Source: Candidatus Latescibacterota bacterium (GTDB lineage: Bacteria; Latescibacterota; UBA2968). Taken from it: DNA of 64,000 bases. Below the pieces are notes generated by a model. The model saw only the letters and a program-made list of their open reading frames with translations, did not search any database and was not told the DNA's origin. Shown piece after piece: positions 28,331 through 35,955 of the stretch; the first letter of the stretch is position 1; each line of letters starts with the position of its first letter. A program made the position numbers and the translations under genes. The stretch lies in assembly GCA_965222605.1 (NCBI GenBank), contig OZ244960.1:1568001-1632000 (forward strand), in the 5' to 3' direction.

Positions 28331-29224
28331 TCATGCATCCAACGCTTGCTGAAATGCCTCAAGGCTGGACACCTGGATCGCCGCGCGATGCAACTGCTTA
28401 AGGCGTTGCAAATCGTCAATGGCGGCAATGCGAGTAGATAGGGGATGCGCTTCGCTCAGGCCAAATCGAATCTCCAACACTTCGAGGATATCTTCGAGCG
28501 TGCTTTTTCTTTCCCCTTGCTCAATGCCTTGCTCAATACCTTGTTGCTTAATGTATTGTGCAAACGATGATTCGCGCATAATTGCATCCATAAGACCCTC
28601 CTGTGATAGAATACGATTGATTAGTGTTGGATCATACTCTAACCCACTCAATATCATCAACCTGCCCAAAAAGTCAACCTTTATTGATTCATCCACCGGC
28701 AGCGCATTCGTCGCGTCAACACACGCACGCAACCACGCCTCTGAATCTATTCCAACAGGACGTTTCATCAAGGGGGCAAACGGAAACAAGCCCGAAGGCC
28801 CGCCATCAATAATGTCCTGTCCTTCTATCTCACTGAGCCGAATCACTGTGTATTCTATCAAAACGCGATGGCCGGGCAAATCCTGGATATAATACCCCGG
28901 ATCGCGCCGACCTACACTGCGCCGTAAATAGATCACACTGGAATAAATCGGCAGGTCGTGATGCTCAATCGCACGTATAATATAGCCAGCCATGCGGAGC
29001 GGCATAGACGGATCGTCAGTCGTTTGAAACTCGTGATGTATCAATGCCTCCTTGCCCGCGATATTGACGCGGATGAGGCTATCGGTATGTCGTGTTTCAA
29101 CCGTGGGTTGCTCTGTGTCGAGTATGTCGAGGACTTCTACATCCTCATGTCCAAGTGTGAATTGGATGAAGTCTTTGGGATAGGTCTGGATGAGATGTTT
29201 GGAGATGGTGTCGTATTCGGCCAT
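28331..29224 (-). CDS. Rpn/YhgA-like PD-(D/E)XK recombination-promoting nuclease (putative transposase)
   Basis: YDTISKHL, TDSLI...HHEFQT...MPLRMAGY; C-terminal QQGIEQGIEQGE...LEIRFG. Confidence 0.82.
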   Translation of the reverse strand: MAEYDTISKHLIQTYPKDFIQFTLGHEDVEVLDILDTEQPTVETRHTDSLIRVNIAGKEALIHHEFQTTDDPSMPLRMAGYIIRAIEHHDLPIYSSVIYLRRSVGRRDPGYYIQDLPGHRVLIEYTVIRLSEIEGQDIIDGGPSGLFPFAPLMKRPVGIDSEAWLRACVDATNALPVDESIKVDFLGRLMILSGLEYDPTLINRILSQEGLMDAIMRESSFAQYIKQQGIEQGIEQGERKSTLEDILEVLEIRFGLSEAHPLSTRIAAIDDLQRLKQLHRAAIQVSSLEAFQQALDA

Positions 29225-29509
29225 GTGGGATGCCCTGGGTCTGATAGGTGAATTTTACATGCAACAGTCAGACTCTGAGCAAATATCAAGCCAACGCCAC
29301 AGAATTGAGCGATGAATTGTATGGACAGAAATTCAAGAACCCTCATCATGCTTTTAATATGCTGTATTGCGACCTTAACTTGAATGTAAGGATCGCCTTT
29401 GGAAGCACATACAAACCGAACCCGCCGGGATGCAAAAGTGTACGTTTTGATCCATGAATAATGGGGTATCGTGAAAGATTTTTACATTTGGGAAAAAATA
29501 GCGGTCTGC

Positions 29510-29584
29510 CTAAGTGAAATGACTCATTTGCAGTTTGTTTTTACGTGTTTCTATCGAAAATTTAAATCCCAGTCCATTCAGAAT
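29510..29584 (-). pseudogene. Diverged copy of the 3' end of the antidote gene
   Basis: 75-bp near-repeat of 27899-27973, including the stop codon. Confidence 0.8.
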
Positions 29585-29586
29585 CA

Positions 29587-30018
29587 GGAAAAATACCCGT
29601 CGCTGGTGTCAAGAATAGACAGACCAAACAGGTTCAAGCCATTGTGATCGACGAACCCGGCGAGAAAACTCTGCACGAGTTTATCAATGATCGTGTTGAG
29701 GATGGGACGACTGTGTACACGGATGGGTCATAAGTCTATAACGGACTCTTAGGATACGAACACGAAAAAGTCATTCACTCGCGGGGGGAATATGTGCGCG
29801 GAGATGCACACACCAACAGGATTGAATCATTCTGGTCAATGATAAAACGTGCCATTATGGGCGTCTATCACAAGATCAGCCCCAAATATTTGTGGCGATA
29901 TGTCGTCGAGTTCGTTGCTAGACAGAACATGCGGATACGTGACACCATTGACCAGATGAAAATAATTGCACAGAAGTTTGAAGGCAAAAGACTCAAATAC
30001 TGCGAATTGATTACTTAA
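29587..30018 (+). pseudogene. IS1595-family (ISXO2-like DDE) transposase remnant
   Basis: GKIPVAGVKNR...VYTDGS*VYNGL...HSRGEYVRGDAHTNRIESFWSMIKR...YVVEF; internal TAA at 29731-29733; 5' part missing. Confidence 0.9.
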
Positions 30019-30236
30019 GTGGACGTGTCTGGTTTGTTTCGGTTGTCATGTTCCATGTGATCAAAAGACTTGTGTCTTAAAATCACCATAATAGTTTCTT
30101 GGCCTTTTGTATTGATTGCTATACCTGCGTGTTTCACGCGGTATCCCGACTCATACAGTCGATTTATGTTTTGTTCCATTTCTGCAGCACTGTTCCGAGT
30201 AATGCACATATAAGGGGCAAGTGGTGGTTGAACCAT
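30015..30236 (-). CDS. Small hypothetical protein
   Basis: RBS AAGGAG before MVQPPLAPY...; no family recognised. Confidence 0.5.
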   Translation of the reverse strand: MVQPPLAPYMCITRNSAAEMEQNINRLYESGYRVKHAGIAINTKGQETIMVILRHKSFDHMEHDNRNKPDTST

Positions 30237-30772
30237 ATTAAAACTCCTTTTTATCAAGTTTGGACAACGCGGATGTAAGCCATTCCCAATTAGTCTCATA
30301 AGGATTCTCGCCTATGGGAGTGTAAGGTTTTCCCCCACAGGCTTGTAACAAGCTCGCTCTGACTCATTGACTTCTGGCCTTAATTGTGGTAAATTCATAA
30401 CACATTTTCTTAAGGAAATTGTTTGGGTTTGAAGAACCGAGTCGCGGCCATGCTTCTCGGTTCTTCGCTTTTGTAGGGGAAATCTACCAGATTCAAGGAT
30501 TCTGAACAAGCGAAACATGCTGGCCGTCACAATGGAACCTGTGGCCGACGGCGGGCTTTGTGAGTGGCCCCGGCGTTGGGATTTCTTGTGATGTCGTATC
30601 AACGACATAACCAATATCGGCCATTTGAGGTGCGCCCCAAAAGTTGAACCGGTATAAAGGCTATCGCGGATCCGCAGGTAGATGCCTATGTTGCGGGCGA
30701 GTTAGTGAGGCTCCAGAAAGCCCCCTTTGAGGCGTATCGACGCTTTGTGAAAAAACGAAAGGGGATAAAGAC

Positions 30773-31021
30773 ATGAATCAGACCAAGAAATGCAAATTCC
30801 AAATTTTCATCGGTGACGACAAAGAATTTTGGTGGCGGTTTGGAATTGTCGGTGCTAGCGGGAAAATTGTAGAAATTATTGCAGTTTCTGGTGAAGGGCA
30901 TAGGCTGGTAAAGGACTGCCATAGAGATATTGCCATTATCAAACAATTTGTCCCTAATGCCCCCATAGACGAACCGAGTTCAATGGCACAAGCCCTTATT
31001 ATGCGACAAAGGGGCACATAA
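30773..31021 (+). CDS. YegP/DUF1508 family protein
   Basis: KFQIF...EFWWRF...ASGKIVEIIAVSGEGH...CHRDIAIIK pattern. Confidence 0.7.
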   Translation: MNQTKKCKFQIFIGDDKEFWWRFGIVGASGKIVEIIAVSGEGHRLVKDCHRDIAIIKQFVPNAPIDEPSSMAQALIMRQRGT

Positions 31022-31160
31022 TAAAAGCCTAAAAAAGCTCGGTTTCACCATCGAAACCAGGCTTTTACTTTATCCTTTCATGGCCACTATTCTACATAAT
31101 TCCCTATTTTTGATAAAATTTTTCGGCCTTAGCCTCGAGCCATTTCCGTAGCCTATCCAT

Positions 31161-32021
31161 CTATTCGTCTTCCTCATCACTCAAAATCTCCAAAAAGGTA
31201 TTAATGTCTTCATAGTTATTGTCAGCGGAGATCGAAATGATTTGCATATTATAGTCTTTCCTCCAACGGTTACGTTCAGTGACCCCCGTAGTTTCGTGTG
31301 TCATAAGGGCGTAGTGTGGTATCCCCCCTTCGGGAAACGCAGCATTAATATAGTTTAAAAGTAATTTCAGTTCGGGATCTTGCAAGGAGCACCCAACGAA
31401 TATTACCGAATACATTGTAAATATTGATTGCAATGCACTCTGATAGCCCGGTTCCTGATACAGGAGCCGTCTATAGTCCTTATCGGTTAAAACAATCTTT
31501 TCCGCCGCTGTTTGTGCATCACCATGTGCTTTCAATAGGAAAAACTTTCGATTGTAAAGCTGGCTCTGGATAGCATGCGCTTCATAATATTTATATGCTG
31601 ATTGATATTTTTTTTGATTTACAAATGCTTTCTCAATCAACAGATCATAGTTGGTCGTAATAATGAAGTTGCTGCGTTTGAGACTAACCAAGAGGTCATG
31701 CGTTGGGCTTGGGGTAACATCCTCCCTTGTATAGGCCTCTTCAATAAAGGTCTTAAAGCCTACACCTCCCAAGACATCTTTCATTTCCTCCGCAAGCATG
31801 AGGTATTTGCCTGGATCTTCGGCAAGTTCACGGCACTCATTAGCACGGTCATGTGCAAAGGCGTAATCCGTTTCCGCTTTTTGGATAAGTCCTAACAGTA
31901 ACTCTTGCCAGGCAGGATATCCCGCAGCTTGAGAAAGACCCGCACCTACGAAGAAGCCACATTTCTTATCGATATAGCTCCTTATCAATTCTCGTGGAAT
32001 ATCTTGATGTTCAAGAGCCAT
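31161..32021 (-). CDS. Stand-alone SIR2-like (SIR2_2) protein, predicted NADase effector
   Basis: Motifs FFVGAGLS, IITTNYD, LKAHGD and FVGCSLQDP; overlaps the DUF262 gene by 11 bp. Confidence 0.9.
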   Translation of the reverse strand: MALEHQDIPRELIRSYIDKKCGFFVGAGLSQAAGYPAWQELLLGLIQKAETDYAFAHDRANECRELAEDPGKYLMLAEEMKDVLGGVGFKTFIEEAYTREDVTPSPTHDLLVSLKRSNFIITTNYDLLIEKAFVNQKKYQSAYKYYEAHAIQSQLYNRKFFLLKAHGDAQTAAEKIVLTDKDYRRLLYQEPGYQSALQSIFTMYSVIFVGCSLQDPELKLLLNYINAAFPEGGIPHYALMTHETTGVTERNRWRKDYNMQIISISADNNYEDINTFLEILSDEEDE

Positions 32022-33051
32022 TCTTCACCTCTAATGCTGTCTTGAAGCGCCGTTTTAGAATTTCATTTCTTTGTTTTAATTTCTTGCTCTCACCGCCGGA
32101 TATTCTGAAGGCAAAGATATAATCGTAAAGGTCTCGTTGTTTTTGTGTTGGTTTTCCACTCAACAGTTTTTCCGGTTCCACCGCGTGTTTGAGGCGTTGT
32201 TGGTCGAATTTCAAATAAGTCTCTGCAAACTCCTTTGGCCTGATCTTGTTTAGTTTTGCCTTGTTTTGGTAGAGAAGATAAAACAAATCAACAAAGATCC
32301 ATTTTTGCTTAATCCGTCTTGAGGTGTATTCGTTTACTTTATCGAGAAAAGTCAAAATGTTGTTTGCTTCAGCCATTACCGGAGTATAGGTATTACTGTC
32401 TGTAGATTCGTAGTCCCTCATTAGCTGTAGTGCCTTTAAATCATGTTTTGCTCTGTGGATGCAGATTGACGTTGTGTGTGCAAGGTAATCCTGATGCTTG
32501 AAGCGAGCAGAGGGAATTTTTGAATTTGAAAAGAATGGATGAGCATGAGCTACTCCATCAATCGCATGGCGGAGACCAGTTTGCACAGCATTTCTAAGCT
32601 CTGGAGAATTCAGGTGAACTCCCATTTGCATCCGGGAAAACAAGCGTGAAATCTCTAGCCCCTGTGCATCCTTAACAAAGGCAATAACGACTTCAAAATC
32701 AGTAATCTGGTTCTGGAGGGTCTTTGGTAGATCGCAATACACCTTTCCTGCAATATCGATATCTTCGATCTTATATAAGTCTTTTGTAAGTGCATATTCC
32801 CCATCAATGAAATTCCAAAGCGAGCGGAGACGTTGCTGTCCATCAACTACTTCATATTTGTAAGGGATTTCGGACGTGCATTCTCGTAGATAGATCATTG
32901 GAATGTCATATCCACGCAAAATGGAATCAATCAAGAGTGCCTGCTTAGGAATAGACCAAACCGATCCCCGTTGCCAAGCCGGATTTAGATGAATTTCATT
33001 CCGAATTCCTATAAGATAACTGAGTTTCTTTGCCTGATGAGATATTTCCAT
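32011..33051 (-). CDS. DUF262 (ParB-like; GmrS/SspE N-terminal type) protein without HNH domain
   Basis: Motifs NPAWQRGSVW, LIDSILRGYDIP, VVDGQQRL and FSRMQMG...ELRNA; no HNH/DUF1524 motif in 346 aa. Confidence 0.88.
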   Translation of the reverse strand: MEISHQAKKLSYLIGIRNEIHLNPAWQRGSVWSIPKQALLIDSILRGYDIPMIYLRECTSEIPYKYEVVDGQQRLRSLWNFIDGEYALTKDLYKIEDIDIAGKVYCDLPKTLQNQITDFEVVIAFVKDAQGLEISRLFSRMQMGVHLNSPELRNAVQTGLRHAIDGVAHAHPFFSNSKIPSARFKHQDYLAHTTSICIHRAKHDLKALQLMRDYESTDSNTYTPVMAEANNILTFLDKVNEYTSRRIKQKWIFVDLFYLLYQNKAKLNKIRPKEFAETYLKFDQQRLKHAVEPEKLLSGKPTQKQRDLYDYIFAFRISGGESKKLKQRNEILKRRFKTALEVKNGS

Positions 33052-33087
33052 TTACACTTCTCCTCATTATCCTGATTGTATGCGGCT

Positions 33088-33540
33088 TTACTTTATTCTT
33101 AGAACTTCATCTAAAGCGTCAGAAAGATTCCAGATTTCGTCCTGATCGCCATCGCGTAGCATTTCTACAACATGGGGGACCCCCGCAGCAGCCAGACCAT
33201 TGGCTATGGCTATCATGCGCCGTGGCTGTCCCACGATTTCAACCTTTCCATCAATGGCGATGGCAACAAGCATTATTGCTTGAACTCGCCAACTATCGCT
33301 ATTGAGGACTGAACCTTCATGGAACTTGAAGGTTCTCTGATCTGCCAAGTCAACTGGCGTAAGTCCTTTTCGTGCTGCAAGCGACAGTCCGACAAACCAG
33401 AGATCGACCATGCGCGGGAAGGGGCTTTGATCAATGACGGCACGCCCTCCTGTTTGGCAGTACCTATCATAGACATCGCGTTGCTCAATAGGCACAATTA
33501 GATCAATGCCAGCGAATGGGTTAGGATATCGCTGTGTCAT
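33088..33540 (-). CDS. PbeD-like / Dnd system-associated small protein
   Basis: 150 aa directly downstream of the SMC ATPase; FPRMVDLWFVGLSLA...IANGLAAAG resembles Dnd-associated protein 4. Position supports the call. Confidence 0.55.
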   Translation of the reverse strand: MTQRYPNPFAGIDLIVPIEQRDVYDRYCQTGGRAVIDQSPFPRMVDLWFVGLSLAARKGLTPVDLADQRTFKFHEGSVLNSDSWRVQAIMLVAIAIDGKVEIVGQPRRMIAIANGLAAAGVPHVVEMLRDGDQDEIWNLSDALDEVLRIK

Positions 33541-33542
33541 TC

Positions 33543-35702
33543 CTACCCTCCTAAAGATGTCTGTTGCATTTCTATTTCTAGTTCTAAATCCATTCGTCGC
33601 TGGCAAACCGGACATTCCATGCGGTGATTGCACTCGCACCTCAGAACCGTATGTTCATTTACCATCGGGTCATTGATCAGCATTTGGGGATAATGTGCTG
33701 GATTTGTCATCGTGATTATTTGTCCTGCTTCGGTATCCAAAATGTCCTCGCAGTCTGTGATCTCAGAGCGTGTGAGAAACAGGACAAGTTGTGAACTTTC
33801 GCGTATAGAGGTCTTAAGTACCGACCGCTTAACATAGCCACTCATCATTCCAAGCGGCGTATCAATCACATTGGGGGCCTCAACCTCACTCACCTTGGTC
33901 AGAGCGAGAATGAATGCCAAAGTCAGTGCTCGCCGAGAAGCACCATTCAGATCTCGATCAGGATTTAGAGTCCGATCATCCGGACCATAAACTAAAATAT
34001 CGAAATCTTTGCTAATTTTCGCCTTTTGAATAATTGCGTTCTGTTCAGGATCGGCACCGATCATTTCTAAAAAAATGGTGTTCATTAACTCACTGACCTT
34101 AGTCAATTCTTCATTCGTGATCCGATTATAGGAATTCTCCAGAACTCGTTTTACATCTTGCGTTACTTCAAGCTGAGCTAATATGCGATCTCCTCTCCTC
34201 TGTTTTCGAAGAAGGTTGTTGCGCTGTGTGCTCAGAGAAATTTCTTCTTTCTGTAGCTCTTCGAGCAGGGTTTCGCACCGCACCTTCTCCTCGTTGAAGC
34301 GATTGCGCTGTTCTGCATATTGTCGCCTAGTATCACGAAGACCCTGAATATCTGTATCTGGGATATCATCAAGTTTCGCTTCGAGAGCCTTTAGTCTATC
34401 TTCTTGCTGTGTGAGTCTGAGGTCTTGCTCATCGCGGTGCTTGAATACCTTGTCATATGCACTGAGCCACCGTTCTTTATCGATGACATGATCCGGCTGA
34501 AGCGACTGGGAACCAAAATAAAGGTCAGTAATTATTTTTTGTAGTTCATCAGCCTTCCGGCTCTCATCAATCAGGCACTGGATATGGTCTCTTCGGTGCT
34601 TGCCATCAACATCATTTGGATCCAGCGACTCACCGCAAATACAAATGGTACTCTTGAGGCGTTCTTCGAGGATGGGAATTGTCTCGTTGGGTATCTTGCC
34701 TTGGACATGCAGCTTGTTCAACTCTCCAAGACTTTTTTTTAATACCGGAGCGAGCAAGTCACGCGAAAGGGACAAACTGCGAAACAAGTCTGAATGCTCT
34801 TTACCTGTGGTCTTAATTTGTTCCTTGATCTGCTTTATCTGCGACTCAGTTTGTTCGATATCGCGCTTGAGTCCTTCCCTATCACCTTTGATCAAGGCTT
34901 CATCGATCTGCTTTTGAACTTCGACGTACTTTTCATCAAATACCGAGGACTGAGTCTTAGCATCTTCGCTTCTTTTTTTTAGATCTGCCGAGTCTTTATC
35001 AATCTGGTCTAATCGAGTCGTGATACGGTTAAGTTGCTCATCGGTCCCAACATTCTTTGCTGCTTTATTGACCTCAGATGCAGCTTTTTTAACATGCCCG
35101 AGGGCATCCTCAATCACGCCAAGCCCTAACAGAGAACGGATCGCTTTTTCAACGCGGTCGCGCTTAGTTCTAACAGCCACATCTGCCTCAATGAAGCTCA
35201 GCACACGATCACCGTCTGTGAAGAATACTTCCCGCAATTCAGATGGCAGTTCCTCGTTAATATATGCTTCAGGTGGATCAATCGGCACACTGCCAGTATC
35301 ATCTAAAAGAAACAGCTTTACCGTTGACGGGCTACGTTCCCATTTCGCTCCATTCAATGTCTCGTAAGAGAACCGGATAATGCGGTACTGTCTTTTGGTT
35401 TCCGTTAAGCCCCTTGAACTACGCCGCAATGTTGTCGTTTCAAAATCTACCTCTGCGGATATTTGAACTCGACTGTTAGCCGATGCCTCCCAGTCAATTG
35501 GATGAAGGCGGTAATCCCGTCCTCTATTGGGCAGTGCATTCTCTCCATAGAAAGCCCACTGTAGGCCGTTCAAAATAGTGGTCTTTCCAGACTCATTTTC
35601 TGCCCGGATAACTGTCAATTTTTTTGCGCTATCTGTGGAAAAATCCAACTCCAGATGGCGCAAAAGGCGAAAGTTTTCAAATTTAGCGCGGATCAGCTTC
35701 AT
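33543..35702 (-). CDS. SMC/Rad50-like ABC ATPase with CxC hook (PbeC/DndD-like)
   Basis: Walker A AENESGKTT, Q-loop FFTDGD, coiled coils around CICG, signature LNGASRR, Walker B VIDTPLG; C-terminal CECNH..CPVC. Confidence 0.88.
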   Translation of the reverse strand: MKLIRAKFENFRLLRHLELDFSTDSAKKLTVIRAENESGKTTILNGLQWAFYGENALPNRGRDYRLHPIDWEASANSRVQISAEVDFETTTLRRSSRGLTETKRQYRIIRFSYETLNGAKWERSPSTVKLFLLDDTGSVPIDPPEAYINEELPSELREVFFTDGDRVLSFIEADVAVRTKRDRVEKAIRSLLGLGVIEDALGHVKKAASEVNKAAKNVGTDEQLNRITTRLDQIDKDSADLKKRSEDAKTQSSVFDEKYVEVQKQIDEALIKGDREGLKRDIEQTESQIKQIKEQIKTTGKEHSDLFRSLSLSRDLLAPVLKKSLGELNKLHVQGKIPNETIPILEERLKSTICICGESLDPNDVDGKHRRDHIQCLIDESRKADELQKIITDLYFGSQSLQPDHVIDKERWLSAYDKVFKHRDEQDLRLTQQEDRLKALEAKLDDIPDTDIQGLRDTRRQYAEQRNRFNEEKVRCETLLEELQKEEISLSTQRNNLLRKQRRGDRILAQLEVTQDVKRVLENSYNRITNEELTKVSELMNTIFLEMIGADPEQNAIIQKAKISKDFDILVYGPDDRTLNPDRDLNGASRRALTLAFILALTKVSEVEAPNVIDTPLGMMSGYVKRSVLKTSIRESSQLVLFLTRSEITDCEDILDTEAGQIITMTNPAHYPQMLINDPMVNEHTVLRCECNHRMECPVCQRRMDLELEIEMQQTSLGG

Positions 35703-35944
35703 TGGATACTCCCCTCAACCATTTTGGTTTGACTCCGCTTCTCCGAGAGGAAATGGCCAGCCGCATTACACTTGTCGTTTATCTTTTTTTGAATATCCGT
35801 TCTCGAGACGCGATGTGCTCTTTCATACTGAAGGATATCAGAAATCACTTCGATCATCTCTTCCTTGTATCCGTCGCATCTCTCCTCAATATTTTTACAC
35901 TCATCAAGAATGATCGTGATGATCTTTCGTTCGTTGAGTGGCAT
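35699..35944 (-). CDS. PbeB-like small helical protein
   Basis: 81 aa between the PLD-helicase and the SMC ATPase; RBS GGAGG; overlaps the ATPase start (ATGA). Confidence 0.65.
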   Translation of the reverse strand: MPLNERKIITIILDECKNIEERCDGYKEEMIEVISDILQYERAHRVSRTDIQKKINDKCNAAGHFLSEKRSQTKMVEGSIQ

Positions 35945-35955
35945 TATTCCCTCCC

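Larger units (their letters stand above)
29587..31104 (+). mobile_element. Truncated IS1595-family element with passenger genes
   Basis: Transposase remnant and two small ORFs, then ...TACATAATTCCC ending at 31104, which resembles IS1595-type right ends (from memory). The left end was not found. Confidence 0.5.

Noticed and set aside
31161-35702. Lamassu (SMC + SIR2 effector) or Wadjet
   Set aside because: The SMC is embedded in the helicase module, SIR2 is two genes away without a recognisable LmuA C-terminal extension, and there are no kleisin/KITE/Toprim genes. Not excluded without HMM searches.
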